NCBI GenBank assembly: GCA_963422365.1
Contig: OY729426.1
Location: 1,408,001 to 1,472,000 of the forward strand
Source: Nitrospirales bacterium
GTDB lineage: Bacteria > Nitrospirota > Nitrospiria > Nitrospirales > UBA8639
DNA: 64,000 nucleotides
Direction: 5' to 3'
Below are positions 50,934 through 61,838 of this stretch, piece by piece. Made by a program: the position numbers and the translations under genes. The notes beneath the pieces are model-generated. The model did no database searches. It saw nothing but the letters and a program-made list of their open reading frames with translations, and was not told the origin of the DNA. Position 1 is the first letter of the stretch. The number at the start of each line of letters is the position of its first letter.

Positions 50934-51437
50934 TCAGTTCATGGTGAGGGGCTGGTTGTGCCTGAGTTGTTGAAAGAACTGTTGAAGAAGGCCACGAGAC
51001 TCGTTTTCCAATATGCCCTGTGTGACGGCTGTGCGGTGATTCAAGCGGGTATCCTCATGGAGAGCGAACAGGGAACCGCATGCCCCGGCTTTGGGGTCCC
51101 AGGTGCTGAAGACCAAGCGAGGAATCCGAGCTTGAAGCATGGCGCCGGTACACATGAGACAGGGTTCCAGCGTCACGTACATGGTTGTGCCAGTTAATCG
51201 CCAAGATTGCAACCTCTCGGCGGCTTCCTGAATCACGATGAGTTCGGCATGGGCGGTTGGGTCTTGTTTGCGTTCTCTGGTGTTTCGTCCCCTGGCAATG
51301 ATGGTATGATCACGCACGAGTATCGCTCCTACAGGTACGTCGCCGTCAGAAGCGGCTTGTTCCGCTTCCAGCAGCGCTTCACGCATGAAGGCTTCATCGG
51401 CCGGTAGATGTTGTTTTGCCGCTGTTTCGAGAGCCAT
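50934..51437 (-). CDS. tadA: tRNA adenosine(34) deaminase
   Basis: VPVGA, DPTAHAE, TLEPCLMC, DPKAGA. Confidence 0.95.
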   Translation of the reverse strand: MALETAAKQHLPADEAFMREALLEAEQAASDGDVPVGAILVRDHTIIARGRNTRERKQDPTAHAELIVIQEAAERLQSWRLTGTTMYVTLEPCLMCTGAMLQARIPRLVFSTWDPKAGACGSLFALHEDTRLNHRTAVTQGILENESRGLLQQFFQQLRHNQPLTMN

Positions 51438-51514
51438 GGCGTTTCTTTCTCTCAGAAAGTGCGCATGGTACCATAGTGTCGCTCCATACTCCATGAGGAT
51501 GTGTTGTGAGGAAC

Positions 51515-52144
51515 ATGGCGTTTCACGCTCCACTCGACGTTCCCCTTTCTGCCGAAGGACTCCGGTCGATCTGGCAAGCATTGAACGCTTCCTATTTTCA
51601 GCAGCGATTGCCGGCCATTGAGATTCAATGGAGTACCCGTCTGACGTCGTCGGCCGGCCTTTTTCTGAGCCAAACGGGCCCACGTACTTCTCGCGTGGCT
51701 CCGGAAGAACGGCATGGCAAGGGACGGGTCATTCGTCTTTCGGTCCCGCTCCTTCGCGGCCGACCGTTGGCTGACATTCGGACCATCCTGGCCCATGAGA
51801 TGATTCATCAATGGCAATTTGACGTGAAGAAATGGTGCCCTTCACATGGGCGGGAATTTCGACGAATCATGGCCCTGATGAATGCCGATGGCCTGGAAAT
51901 CACGATTTATCATACGCTGGGTGAGGAAGCCATCGCGAAGTTTACGTGGCGTTGTGTGCGGTGTGGGCATGTGTATCATCGCCAACGCAACACCCTCTCG
52001 ACGAAACGCCATCGCTGTGGATGGTGTCGGGGGCTTCTTCAGGAAATTTCCGGGACTCCTTCCCTGATGCGTACTCCTCAAGAGACGGTTCGACCTCAAC
52101 CCCTCAAGGGGAGCGGCTCTATTCAACTGACCTTTGATTTTTAA
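51515..52144 (+). CDS. SprT-like metalloprotease domain protein
   Basis: HEMIH, HGREF, C-terminal CxxC...CxxC. Confidence 0.88.
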   Translation: MAFHAPLDVPLSAEGLRSIWQALNASYFQQRLPAIEIQWSTRLTSSAGLFLSQTGPRTSRVAPEERHGKGRVIRLSVPLLRGRPLADIRTILAHEMIHQWQFDVKKWCPSHGREFRRIMALMNADGLEITIYHTLGEEAIAKFTWRCVRCGHVYHRQRNTLSTKRHRCGWCRGLLQEISGTPSLMRTPQETVRPQPLKGSGSIQLTFDF

Positions 52145-52920
52145 AGATGGTGAATGCCTGCGGTGGTGTGGACGAGACCTGAGCCTCTTTTCCCCGTGCG
52201 TGGATCAGGGTGAGCCGTTGTCGATTTCCTGGAGTTGAGACCGCCGGTCAATGTGGAGGCTCGCTCCAGACGTCGCAACATGGACACGTGGTCTCCTCTG
52301 GTTTTGTAAATATCGGCTAAGAGGCGGAGCACTGCGGCTTCGCTGTGTTCTTGCCCACGTTTGATAAAATGTTCGCTGGCGTTATTGAGACCGCTTGCCG
52401 CAGGAGCACGGCCTTGCCGCATTGGCTGAACGTGTTGGTCAGCCCTCATTCGTCTCCGACCATGCGGTGAGATTGCCGCGGTGCCAATGAATTTGGGCTC
52501 GTTGTGAGGCGTGACGCATCATGGGAAGGCTAGGAGAAAACGGAGAGAGGCGCTCTTGCACGAATCGAAGAACCGTCGAGTGCTCGGTCCATGTGTTGCC
52601 AAACCAGGCTTGGGTTTGATACCTACGTGCTTGAGCTTGTGCCCGCCCCTGAGCGGGGATCCTGTGTTAGCGGCGAAAGGCATCTTTGCCTTTCACAATT
52701 TTCGAGAGAAGATCGTCGGCTTGTTTGGATGCTTTTCGATGGCGCCACCACCGGATTCCGAATCGAAAAGCAAGCAGTCCGGCCAGACAACACACGACGA
52801 TTCCCATCTCATCACTCATAGCACTAGTCTAGGGTAACCTCATTCTGTGAGCAAGGCGATCCTTTGATGATCCCGGCATGCCATTGTACCGATAACGGCT
52901 TGTAAAAGAATCGTCATCCT

Positions 52921-53925
52921 ATGGAATTGTGGGTATTACTCATTTCGCTCATTGCGATCTTCATCGGCGCAGAAATATTTACCAATGCGCTCGAACATCT
53001 CGGAGAACGTCTCAACATTTCCGAGGGGGTCACGGGATCGGTGTTTGCGGCCGTGGGCACGGCCTTGCCCGAGACTATGGTCCCTGTGGTGGCGGTGTTG
53101 GCCGCCAGCGGGGATTTATCGGTTCGGCAGGATGTCGGGGTGGGGGCCATTTTAGGCGCTCCGTTAATGCTTTCGACCATCACGCTCTGTTTAATGGGAA
53201 TATTTGCCGCCCAGCGTCGTGGGTGGCATCAAGCCTTTTGTCCAGAGCCCACCGGCGTGCATCGGGACCTGAATTGGTTTCTCTTTGCCTTTACGTTGGC
53301 CACACTCGCGATCTTTGTTCCTCCGGAATGGCGATGGGCGCGTGTGTCGTTGGCTTTGGGATTGACCCTGAGTTATGTCGTCTATTTATTGTTGACCATT
53401 CGCGCCTCACGGGGTCTGGTTGATCAGGGCCATGGAACCCAGGCGGATCATCCTCTTTTTTTGAGCAGGCTCCGCATCCCCGAGCGCCTTGCCACGATCT
53501 TTTTGCAATTGGTCCTTGGATTTGGGTTTATCATTGGAGGAGCCAATGGCTTCGTCTACGGCGTGGAGCATTTAGCCGCCTGGTTGGGGCTTTCCACCTT
53601 GGCCTTGTCGTTGTTAATCGTGCCGGTGGCGACCGAATTGCCGGAAAAAGTGAATAGTATTATTTGGGCGCGGCGGGGCAGGGACACCTTGGCCTTTGGG
53701 AATATCACAGGGGCGATGGTGTTTCAGGGGAGTCTGCTTCCAGCTTTAGGAGTGCTGTTGACTCCATGGGTTCCACGAAAAGAAGTCTTGTGGGGGATGG
53801 GGTTGACGGTCCTTGCCACGGGCTATCTCAAGCTTCATTTACGATCTCATGCCTTGAGGCCTGACCATCTGCTTTTCAATGGCCTGTGCTATATCGCGTT
53901 CGGCTTACTCATTGCCTTTGGGTAA
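52921..53925 (+). CDS. Na+/Ca2+ (CaCA) antiporter
   Basis: GTALPE and ATELPE alpha repeats; about 10 TMs. Confidence 0.9.
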   Translation: MELWVLLISLIAIFIGAEIFTNALEHLGERLNISEGVTGSVFAAVGTALPETMVPVVAVLAASGDLSVRQDVGVGAILGAPLMLSTITLCLMGIFAAQRRGWHQAFCPEPTGVHRDLNWFLFAFTLATLAIFVPPEWRWARVSLALGLTLSYVVYLLLTIRASRGLVDQGHGTQADHPLFLSRLRIPERLATIFLQLVLGFGFIIGGANGFVYGVEHLAAWLGLSTLALSLLIVPVATELPEKVNSIIWARRGRDTLAFGNITGAMVFQGSLLPALGVLLTPWVPRKEVLWGMGLTVLATGYLKLHLRSHALRPDHLLFNGLCYIAFGLLIAFG

Positions 53926-54341
53926 TCGTCTGAATTTTCGTTCTTCATTCATGTAGAAACCCCGCGCGCTTGCCGGAGAAAAATGTCGAGGTCGAAGGGT
54001 TGCTCTGTTTGCTGACTGATCACGTGGATGTCGCCGTGCTGGACAGGGCTTCGGCTCTTCGAGCGGTCAGTCCCATGTCGGTAAGGGTTGATCGCATACG
54101 ACCCGCCATCGCATGGCAGTGATGGCTGCCGAAAATTTTTGTGCAGGGTTGAGGCAACGTCGCCTGCCTCATTGCATCAACCCGGAAGTGTCTCAATGAG
54201 TGACTGGAGACGCGGAGACGCTGAAACCGACTTCGGGATGAAAAGGTTTGTAGTCTTTCTCCGGTTTCTTATACAATATGGCGACTTTTCGGTGTCGTCT
54301 TTTTGCTTTCCATCTAGAGCGTGCGCGGTTTTGAGTGTCGC

Positions 54342-54962
54342 ATGAAATCTCCCGTGGTTACCTGTTTGGACATGGAGGGTGTGTTAACTCCGGAAATTTG
54401 GCTGGAGTTGTCCGAGAAAACGGGGATTGCCGACTTAAAGGTCACCACCCGAGATATTCCGGACTACGACGAATTAATGCAGCTTCGCTTAGACCTTTTG
54501 GCTCAATTTCAGCTTAAGCTGTCGGATATCAGGGACGTGGTCGCAGGGATGAAACCCCTGGATGGTGCTGCAGACTTCTTGACTTGGTTGCGAACGCGTT
54601 GCCAAGTCATTATTTTGTCGGATAGCTATTATGATTTAGTCAGTCCTCTGATGAAACAACTGCACTATCCTTCCATCTTTTGTCATACCTTAGAGATTGA
54701 CGACGCCGGATATATTCGGAACTACTCGCTTCGGCAAAAAGATCAAAAACGCCATGCGGTGGCAGCGGTCAAGAGTCTGAATTTTCGCGTATTGGCTGCA
54801 GGAGATTCATACAATGACGTGTCCATGCTGCAAGAAGCCGATGCCGGGTTTTTCTTCTGTCCTCCAGACACGATTTGTTCCGAATACCCTCAATTCCCCG
54901 TCACGCGCTCCTATCCCGAGCTTATGGAACAGTTCGTGTGTGCTGGAGGCCTGTGTCACTGA
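54342..54962 (+). CDS. thrH: Bifunctional phosphoserine phosphatase/homoserine phosphotransferase
   Basis: CLDMEGVLTPEIW, TTRDIPDYDELM, GDSYND. Confidence 0.93.
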   Translation: MKSPVVTCLDMEGVLTPEIWLELSEKTGIADLKVTTRDIPDYDELMQLRLDLLAQFQLKLSDIRDVVAGMKPLDGAADFLTWLRTRCQVIILSDSYYDLVSPLMKQLHYPSIFCHTLEIDDAGYIRNYSLRQKDQKRHAVAAVKSLNFRVLAAGDSYNDVSMLQEADAGFFFCPPDTICSEYPQFPVTRSYPELMEQFVCAGGLCH

Positions 54963-55093
54963 CGTCGCAACATCAACTCGTTACGCATGAATCCGGTTGG
55001 TTATGCCGAAAAACGAAAAAGTGCAAGTTGCCGTTCATGCATTACCTATCATTGCAACAGATGGAAACTGTTGTGTATCAAAGGAGGCAACGT

Positions 55094-55846
55094 ATGAGTC
55101 GCCTGTCTGTCATGTACAAGGCGTGTGGCATTCTTATGCTCGTGTCATTGACGATAACGGGCTGCCTAGGCTCGCGAGATTGGACGTATCCTCCGCCCCC
55201 GGACGGGACGTATTTGGGTATCACGGCTGGCCAGAAGATTTCCGGTCGTCTGGTGGTTCGTCCTCTTGAGGATAAACGGGGCACGGAGGTGCGTGAAGAA
55301 TATTGGGCGGCCGCGATTCCCTTCGTTCCTCATGCCGTCACGGCCTATGACCGGCCTGAGACGATTGCGAACCCCGAACCTGTCGACGAAGTGTCTTTCG
55401 ACCCGTCACGCGATTTTTCGCGTGCCATGGCTGATGAAATTCGAGAAGCGGAGATTTTTTCTTCCGTGACGTTTGTCGACCAGGACCAACCGGTGCCTTC
55501 CAGTGATTTCGTCTTGCAGGGACGCCTCTATTCGACCCAGTGGAAACGGCGTGTTTCCACGTACCTTTTGGGTCCCGTCAGCACGCTTTTTTGGATGGTC
55601 GGCTTGCCGCTGGGAACGATCGAGACTGAAATGGAACTGGATATGCAATTAACCAAGGCTGGGGAGCCGAACAACGTGCTGTGGAGCTTTGCCATGGAAT
55701 TTCAAGCGCAAGAAACGGATGGCCTCTATTACGGGTTGGAAGATTCCGTGATGCATTATCCGAAAGCCCTTCAGGATGGGCTACGACTCGCCATCAGCGA
55801 TTTGGTGGCAACAGTTCCCGCACGCCTCATGCGTGAAGAAAAGTGA
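55094..55846 (+). CDS. Hypothetical lipoprotein
   Basis: Signal peptide with lipobox-like ITGC; AAGGAGG RBS. Confidence 0.75.
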   Translation: MSRLSVMYKACGILMLVSLTITGCLGSRDWTYPPPPDGTYLGITAGQKISGRLVVRPLEDKRGTEVREEYWAAAIPFVPHAVTAYDRPETIANPEPVDEVSFDPSRDFSRAMADEIREAEIFSSVTFVDQDQPVPSSDFVLQGRLYSTQWKRRVSTYLLGPVSTLFWMVGLPLGTIETEMELDMQLTKAGEPNNVLWSFAMEFQAQETDGLYYGLEDSVMHYPKALQDGLRLAISDLVATVPARLMREEK

Positions 55847-55882
55847 CAAGATGTTCCGAGGGGGCATGACCTCGCAAGGCAG

Positions 55883-56215
55883 GTGTCGAGCGTGGGAGAA
55901 CTTGTTGTATTGGTCACGGCTTCCAGCGAAGAAGAAGCGCGTCTAGTTGGTCGCCGCGTTGTTGAAAAGAAGCTGGCGGCGTGTGTCACGGTCGTGCCCA
56001 AAGTCATTTCCATTTTTGAATGGGAAGGCAATGTCTGCGAAGAACATGAGTGGTTGCTGGTCATGAAATCGAATTCCCATGTCTACGATGCCCTGGAAGC
56101 TGAAGTAAAATCCCTTCACAGCTATGAGGTCCCTGAAATCCTCGCCGTGTCGGTGGTGAAGGGCTCGATCGAATATTTGGCGTGGGTCAGGGCCATGACC
56201 CACGTGCCAGATTAA
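55883..56215 (+). CDS. cutA: Divalent-cation tolerance protein CutA
   Basis: LAACV, FEWEG, HSYEVPEI, YLAW. Confidence 0.93.
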   Translation: MSSVGELVVLVTASSEEEARLVGRRVVEKKLAACVTVVPKVISIFEWEGNVCEEHEWLLVMKSNSHVYDALEAEVKSLHSYEVPEILAVSVVKGSIEYLAWVRAMTHVPD

Positions 56216-56300
56216 CCTGCCTGCCTCACTTGTTTCTCTAGATGGTGAGGGCGGTCGGGCATTTTGCCAAAAAGAAAAAAGATAGTGGGGGTAGAACATA

Positions 56301-56330
56301 TTGACACTCATGGTTTTTCTTCAGTACTGT
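56301..56330 (+). promoter_or_regulatory. Possible sigma70 promoter of the M23 peptidase gene
   Basis: TTGACA-18 nt-TACTGT. Confidence 0.4.
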
Positions 56331-56382
56331 AGTGCGTCAAGCGTCACACAAAAGGTAAAACACCGTTAACCTGAGTCGCTCA

Positions 56383-57357
56383 TTGAACCCATCTGACGAT
56401 AGATTAACCATCATGATTTTTCGGGGAATGACCACGAACCCTCTCAAGATCGGTTTGCGCAAAGCGACACTCAAGAAAGTGTTTCTGGCGGCCGTGGTTG
56501 TGTTAGCCGTGCAAGTGGGGGTACTGGTACATTATGTGGTTCAGACGAATCAAGTTGCCGAACTCGAAGAGTTGAGGGAAGAACTCAGCCAGTCTAGAGG
56601 GCAAACGGTTGCGTTTTCTGAAGCCATTGACGACATGAGGCAGCGCATGCTGTCCATGCAGGAGGTCCACGCAAAGTTGCAAACGATGTTTGGGCTTGAC
56701 CACGAGCAAAGAGACGGCCTTGTAGTCGATGGGCAGGGTGGTGAAGAGTTTCCGTATGACGCTTCATTCTCTAGGGCCACAGGCAGGCTCTCGGAGGAAG
56801 CTCCAGCCGATGAACTCATCAGGAGCAATCCCAACGCCTCTCGATCCACCTTGGTGGTGAAAATCGAAAAGGGGCTGGTTTGGCTTGATCGACAAGCGTT
56901 GAGACAACGACACGTTCTGGCTCGGTTGGAAGAAACCGCTGAGGAACGAGTGGAGCGGTGGGCTGCGACTCCCTCCATTTGGCCAGTCAAAGGGCCCGTT
57001 ACCTCCAAGTTCGGGCCACGCATTTCACCCTTTACCGGGAAAAAGGCGTTCCATTCAGGGTTGGATATCGGTTCGCCTCGTGGCAAAGAAGTGCGTGCTC
57101 CTGCTGCCGGCAGAGTGGCGGTGGCTGCCTATGATACGAGGATGGGCAATTTTATTCGTATCAATCACGGGTATGGCATAGAGACGACCTATGGACACCT
57201 TTTGAAAACGTTGGTCAAGTACGGCCAACGGGTCAAACGAGGGGATCTGATTGGATTGGTAGGGAGTACGGGGAGGTTTTCTACCGGGCCGCATCTCCAT
57301 TATCAGATTGCGATTCAAGATACAGTCGTTAATCCTCGGCAGTATATTTTGGACTAG
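56383..57357 (+). CDS. M23-family metallopeptidase
   Basis: TPSIWPVKG, HSGLD, YGHL, STGPHLHY; TM plus coiled coil. Confidence 0.92.
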   Translation: MNPSDDRLTIMIFRGMTTNPLKIGLRKATLKKVFLAAVVVLAVQVGVLVHYVVQTNQVAELEELREELSQSRGQTVAFSEAIDDMRQRMLSMQEVHAKLQTMFGLDHEQRDGLVVDGQGGEEFPYDASFSRATGRLSEEAPADELIRSNPNASRSTLVVKIEKGLVWLDRQALRQRHVLARLEETAEERVERWAATPSIWPVKGPVTSKFGPRISPFTGKKAFHSGLDIGSPRGKEVRAPAAGRVAVAAYDTRMGNFIRINHGYGIETTYGHLLKTLVKYGQRVKRGDLIGLVGSTGRFSTGPHLHYQIAIQDTVVNPRQYILD

Positions 57358-57626
57358 ATCCCTCCCTCTTAATTCGTCGCCGATTGTATGGGCTGCATAG
57401 TGAAACTGAAAAGCTGGACCAGCTTGAAACGAATCCACGAGACTGAGCCGTGCAACTGGCGAAATAGAAAGAATTCCACACCGATTTAGTTTATAGAGAG
57501 ATATCCTGAGGCGAGCAGCACATCCTTGCTGGGGAGTCATAAGAAGAGTACCTGTGTGGATGGTCCGTCCGGCGAACCGGTGGGGGGGAGACCGTCTGGT
57601 TAGGATAACGTCACCCGGCATCCCTG

Positions 57627-58415
57627 CTAGGATGCCGCCGCTTTTTTGAACACGATGTCGCCGAAATAGGCCACGGCCGATTCCTGGGTGTTGTCGGTAT
57701 CCGTCATTACGGCCACACCAGAGACCAGAGGCGGGTCGTCTCCGAATGCCTTTTGATAATCCTTGTAAAGGTTCCGCGACTCGGCAACCCATTGACCGAC
57801 TTTTTCCTGTCCACTTTCAAGAACAATCATTTTCACGCGATCCGTGTACGGATTGGGGACAATCGTCCCGACCGGACTTCGACTGTCCCAGATGTAATTG
57901 ATGGCTCCGATCGGGGGATACTGCCCGTAGACAAGCCGGGCCACTTCATATTGGGCTTTCTCGAAAAGGCCGACGTGGCTGCCGTCATAGGCGAAGGTGA
58001 TATAGAGCCGGGCGGGGTAGTCGTCACCCTCCTTGGTGGTGACGTCGCCGTGTTTTAGAATATTTTCGACCTTCCATCGCCATTCGACAATGGGATACAG
58101 CTTCGGGTCGATTGTCACCTCTCGGGTCAGCCCCGAGGAAGAACCATGGCTGACGGCTTTGACGACCATGGTCCCGTTGTCTTCCACCAACGAGTACTCG
58201 GTATGCTCGTTGATCCTTTCGAACGTGACGGGTTTCCAGGAATCAGGGTAGAGCCCTTCGGCCTTTGCGCGAGAAAAGGTTCCCACGTGAACCATGGACG
58301 GCGATTCCGCCTGAAGGGTTCCGGCAAGCAAGGCAAGGCTCAAGCCTATTCCGATACGTCCGACAAAAGAGCTTTTCCCTGCCTCGAGGCTTTCATGATC
58401 GAACCCCTTCTTCAT
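57627..58415 (-). CDS. DUF3047-family protein
   Basis: WRWKV, GDDYPARLY, NYIW, MTDTDNT, AYFGDI. Confidence 0.85.
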   Translation of the reverse strand: MKKGFDHESLEAGKSSFVGRIGIGLSLALLAGTLQAESPSMVHVGTFSRAKAEGLYPDSWKPVTFERINEHTEYSLVEDNGTMVVKAVSHGSSSGLTREVTIDPKLYPIVEWRWKVENILKHGDVTTKEGDDYPARLYITFAYDGSHVGLFEKAQYEVARLVYGQYPPIGAINYIWDSRSPVGTIVPNPYTDRVKMIVLESGQEKVGQWVAESRNLYKDYQKAFGDDPPLVSGVAVMTDTDNTQESAVAYFGDIVFKKAAAS

Positions 58416-58456
58416 GATTCACATGCTTCGTCGAATCACCCGCAGCCAGCCATCGA

Positions 58457-61054
58457 TTATGAAAGGGGACGGTAAGCTTTTCTGCGAGGGCCATCATGAG
58501 GGCCGGCAGCCTGATGTTCCGCAACAAGTTCGCCGACTTGTTCTTTCCAGCGATCTTCAAACATCATCCTGAAAACAGCAGGCGGTTCGCAGACTTTCAT
58601 TTCGCCTCTGTCAAGGGCCGCGTTGTACGCCGCTTCAAGGGTCTCAAGCAGCTTCTTCTTGTAGCCCGTCTCCTCATTTCCCTTCAGGTGAACGCCTTTT
58701 GTTTCCAGAATCAGCAGTATCCCGTCACCTTGTCGGCAAGCCACAAAGTCGGGATAGACCCGCTGACGTCTCCACCCTTGGAGGGAATATTGTTGCCTTG
58801 CGGCGATCTTGTGCCACCAAGAGATGGAGTTGCTCTTGTCCAGGTACAGCGCAAAGTCTTTTTCGAGATTATTGAAATTGCTTTCATACACGGGCTCAAA
58901 AAGACTCTGCTGTATCGGCTGGCCGTGTTCGCCCTGAAGCGATCTTTCCTTGCTGGACACGAAAACCTCAAACGACTTGTCCAGTTCATAATCCAATGCC
59001 TCGTCGGTCTCAAGATGAAACCTGATCGCATCGCTTTTAACTTTGCGGTGGAAAACCGACTCGGCTTTCTTGTCCAGATCTGCCTTGATCCTTTGACGCA
59101 ACACCTCTGAGAGATCAATCCGGTTATTCAGCAGTGTTGAGTCGTTGTATCCCGTGCGCTTGTGCTGTTGGAGAAAATTCTCCGCTATGCACGCGGCCTG
59201 CCACGGGTTGGGCACCACGTCCGTCAGCCGCCGGACGAAATAATCAAGGCTCAATCGTTCTCCGGTCTCAAAAGCCTGTTCGGAGGACTTGCTTTCCGCC
59301 TGGATGTCAACTGTGGCGATGACCTCACGAATCGTGTCTTTCGCGTCCAGATTGACCGCCTTGCCCGCGTCGATTGTGTCCCAAGCCACCGCGCCTAGTA
59401 TGTCGCGGTCGTAATCAATCGGACGCCATCCATAACCCTCTTTGTGCAGAACCTGAGGGAGAAAGATCGCAAGCTTGCTATATTTTTGGCGGCGCTTGAC
59501 GGTTTGTGGCTTTGGTGCGTCACCTTCACCCTCGCTGCGAATGGCATCGCCGAGCCCAGTCAGCCCTTCGTTTTCCAGTCCGGCCTTCACCCCTTCGACG
59601 GCCCTGCCCACGTCCGTGTTGTAACAGTAGATGTAACATCTGTTCAGATTGTCGCTTTTCTCGATTCTGCGCGCGTGCGGCTGTCGCATGATCCGTCCGG
59701 TCATCTGGGTCATAGCCGTTGTCGCCGTGGTGTTGTCCAATAAAGCCAGCACGTAGGCGAACGAGCAGTCCCAGCCCTCTTTGAGCGCGTCTTTGGTGAT
59801 GATCCAGCGGACGAGGCTTTGTTCGCTCAATACATCTTCCTGCGCAAGTTCCTTGTTTTCAGACGACTGCACTCGTACCTGCGCCTCCGGTACGGAAAGG
59901 TGCCGTATCAGGTAGTTGCGCACGTCCTCGGAATGAATGTTCCCCTGGCTCCGCTGCTCCCTGCCCGTTCGTTGCACCCTCACCAGAGCGATGGGACGGA
60001 CATAACGGTTTTCCCGTGCTTGAAGGCTTCGGGTTTCGATTTCCAACTCCTGTAATTTCCGCTGGGTTTCGGCGAGCGTATGCTTCCAGTCGGAATTGGC
60101 GAAGCTGTGGATCTCTATCGGCAGCTTTATCATCTCCTCGGCTTGAAGCTCGGTTCCCGAGACGTTGACCAGGATGTTACTGATGCCGATTTTGGGTGTG
60201 GCGGACAGTTCGAGCACAAAGCGGGGGTTGAGTCGATTGACGGACTTGACGAACTCCCGGTTGTTTTTGTCGTTCGGCCCATATGCCTTGTGTGCCTCAT
60301 CCAGAATTACGGTGGGATGGATGAGTTTCAGGACGTTTATCAGGCTTTGCTTGACCCAATCGCCGCTGTGGTTCTTCTCTAGGTCTGGGAGGTGTTCTGA
60401 AAGCTCGCGGTTCGCGGCCATGTCGTCCTGCTCGGGAAAGAACGACGTATACCCGCCGCTGTCCCGGAATATCTTGAGAAAGTCCTTGCCCTTTTGTCTG
60501 TTGGCGGACGGCAGCATCAGCATCATGACGCACAGGCGGCTTGCCACGTCCTGCTTGGTGAATCGCTCGTCCTTCTGCAACAGCTTGACCTTGCCGCCGG
60601 AAATTCTTTCAAGCATTTGCCGGTACGGATGTTCGCGGGTTCTGAACGCCTTGAACGTCTGCTCGTAAATCGCCTTGGTCGGCACGATCCACAGCACAAA
60701 GCCGGTGTCCTGCTTGATACGCTCAAGCGCGGCCACGCCCAGCAGCGTCTTGCCGCCTCCGGTCGGGACTTTCAGGCAGACGTGCGGGACAGGTTCACCG
60801 GACGTGGCTGTGCGGGAGATGTAATCGGGGACTTCGGGGTTTCCGTCTTGGTGCTGAACGGCGGGAAGAATGTTCTGGTTTTTCAGGTTTCTCCAGGCAG
60901 AAAGGGGATAATTTTTCAGTTCTTCGGGAACATCGACGCCGCTCTCTTCAAGTGCCTTTGTGGCTTTTTTGTATTTCAGCCGGGCGTTCTTGAGTCCTTC
61001 GAGCCAGCGGTCCAACTGCTCAAGGGCGTTCTGCTGGTAGGTTTTGAGGTGCAT
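58457..61054 (-). CDS. res: Type III restriction enzyme Res subunit
   Basis: VPTGGGKT, DEAH, SATP, EGWD, GRIMRQP; C-terminal YPDF..LETKG nuclease motif. Confidence 0.9.
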   Translation of the reverse strand: MHLKTYQQNALEQLDRWLEGLKNARLKYKKATKALEESGVDVPEELKNYPLSAWRNLKNQNILPAVQHQDGNPEVPDYISRTATSGEPVPHVCLKVPTGGGKTLLGVAALERIKQDTGFVLWIVPTKAIYEQTFKAFRTREHPYRQMLERISGGKVKLLQKDERFTKQDVASRLCVMMLMLPSANRQKGKDFLKIFRDSGGYTSFFPEQDDMAANRELSEHLPDLEKNHSGDWVKQSLINVLKLIHPTVILDEAHKAYGPNDKNNREFVKSVNRLNPRFVLELSATPKIGISNILVNVSGTELQAEEMIKLPIEIHSFANSDWKHTLAETQRKLQELEIETRSLQARENRYVRPIALVRVQRTGREQRSQGNIHSEDVRNYLIRHLSVPEAQVRVQSSENKELAQEDVLSEQSLVRWIITKDALKEGWDCSFAYVLALLDNTTATTAMTQMTGRIMRQPHARRIEKSDNLNRCYIYCYNTDVGRAVEGVKAGLENEGLTGLGDAIRSEGEGDAPKPQTVKRRQKYSKLAIFLPQVLHKEGYGWRPIDYDRDILGAVAWDTIDAGKAVNLDAKDTIREVIATVDIQAESKSSEQAFETGERLSLDYFVRRLTDVVPNPWQAACIAENFLQQHKRTGYNDSTLLNNRIDLSEVLRQRIKADLDKKAESVFHRKVKSDAIRFHLETDEALDYELDKSFEVFVSSKERSLQGEHGQPIQQSLFEPVYESNFNNLEKDFALYLDKSNSISWWHKIAARQQYSLQGWRRQRVYPDFVACRQGDGILLILETKGVHLKGNEETGYKKKLLETLEAAYNAALDRGEMKVCEPPAVFRMMFEDRWKEQVGELVAEHQAAGPHDGPRRKAYRPLS

Positions 61055-61055
61055 T

Positions 61056-61838
61056 CTACCCTATCTGGTCCGCAAGAAAATCCTTGATTCTCTTCCTGTT
61101 ATCCTGCATCAGACTGGAAAATTGACGGTCGCAAACATCCGTGAAGCGGGACAGCACTTTACGACTGATCTGTTCCTGGTCTTCAAAAATCCCCAACGTC
61201 AGAAAAGTTCGATTCCATCGCTGAAATTGCAAGATGCCGATGGTTGTATCACGACATTTATCGTCATTTCCTATGGCGTAGACGTGTAAAGGGCGAGCCA
61301 TGCCGTTGATGCGGCAATCCACCGCGTACTTGCCGTTGGGATCATGCGATGCATCATTGTAATCAAACGTGAATCTTTCGGGACTTACGGTTTCACTGAT
61401 AAATTCCTTGAAATCGTCTATGAATGTAGACGCCACTCGTTCTCGGCTCAGATAAGAAACGTCGGTGATGTTGATGAGACACTGGATAACGTTATAGAAC
61501 ACGTTGCCCGCGTTTGTGAGTTCATGAATCTGAGCAAAGAGTTGTCCTTCATGTTCTGTAACGCCGTATCGTTCCAAGGCCCCTTCAATAAACTCGTTAC
61601 GACTCTCCTTTTCGAGAGACGACAAATCCATGTGATAGCTCAGGTGCATATAGGTATGACCTTCATCGGTAATGATCCAATCGCCGATTTCATCCTTTCG
61701 TAACGCGAGAACAAAATGATCGCCATCATCAAAATGAAACGGCGTAAAAATCTTGTAACGATTGACTCCTTCGGGAATCAGTCGGATAGATTCGGTGACC
61801 GTCGCCTTGAATGAATCCTGTATTGCGTCGACGTTCAC
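61056..61838 (-). CDS. DUF1828-like hypothetical protein
   Basis: TPFHFDDGDH, IITDEGHT, FIDDFKEFI; GTGA overlap with the upstream gene. Confidence 0.7.
   Translation of the reverse strand: MNVDAIQDSFKATVTESIRLIPEGVNRYKIFTPFHFDDGDHFVLALRKDEIGDWIITDEGHTYMHLSYHMDLSSLEKESRNEFIEGALERYGVTEHEGQLFAQIHELTNAGNVFYNVIQCLINITDVSYLSRERVASTFIDDFKEFISETVSPERFTFDYNDASHDPNGKYAVDCRINGMARPLHVYAIGNDDKCRDTTIGILQFQRWNRTFLTLGIFEDQEQISRKVLSRFTDVCDRQFSSLMQDNRKRIKDFLADQIG

Noticed and set aside
52141..52830. Possible broken gene on the minus strand (TM N-terminus, TPR-like C-terminus)
   Set aside because: The fragments are plausible, but no family is recognisable with enough confidence.
57360..57625. Intergenic region as ncRNA or repeat element
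   Set aside because: No convincing stem structure or known RNA motif was seen.
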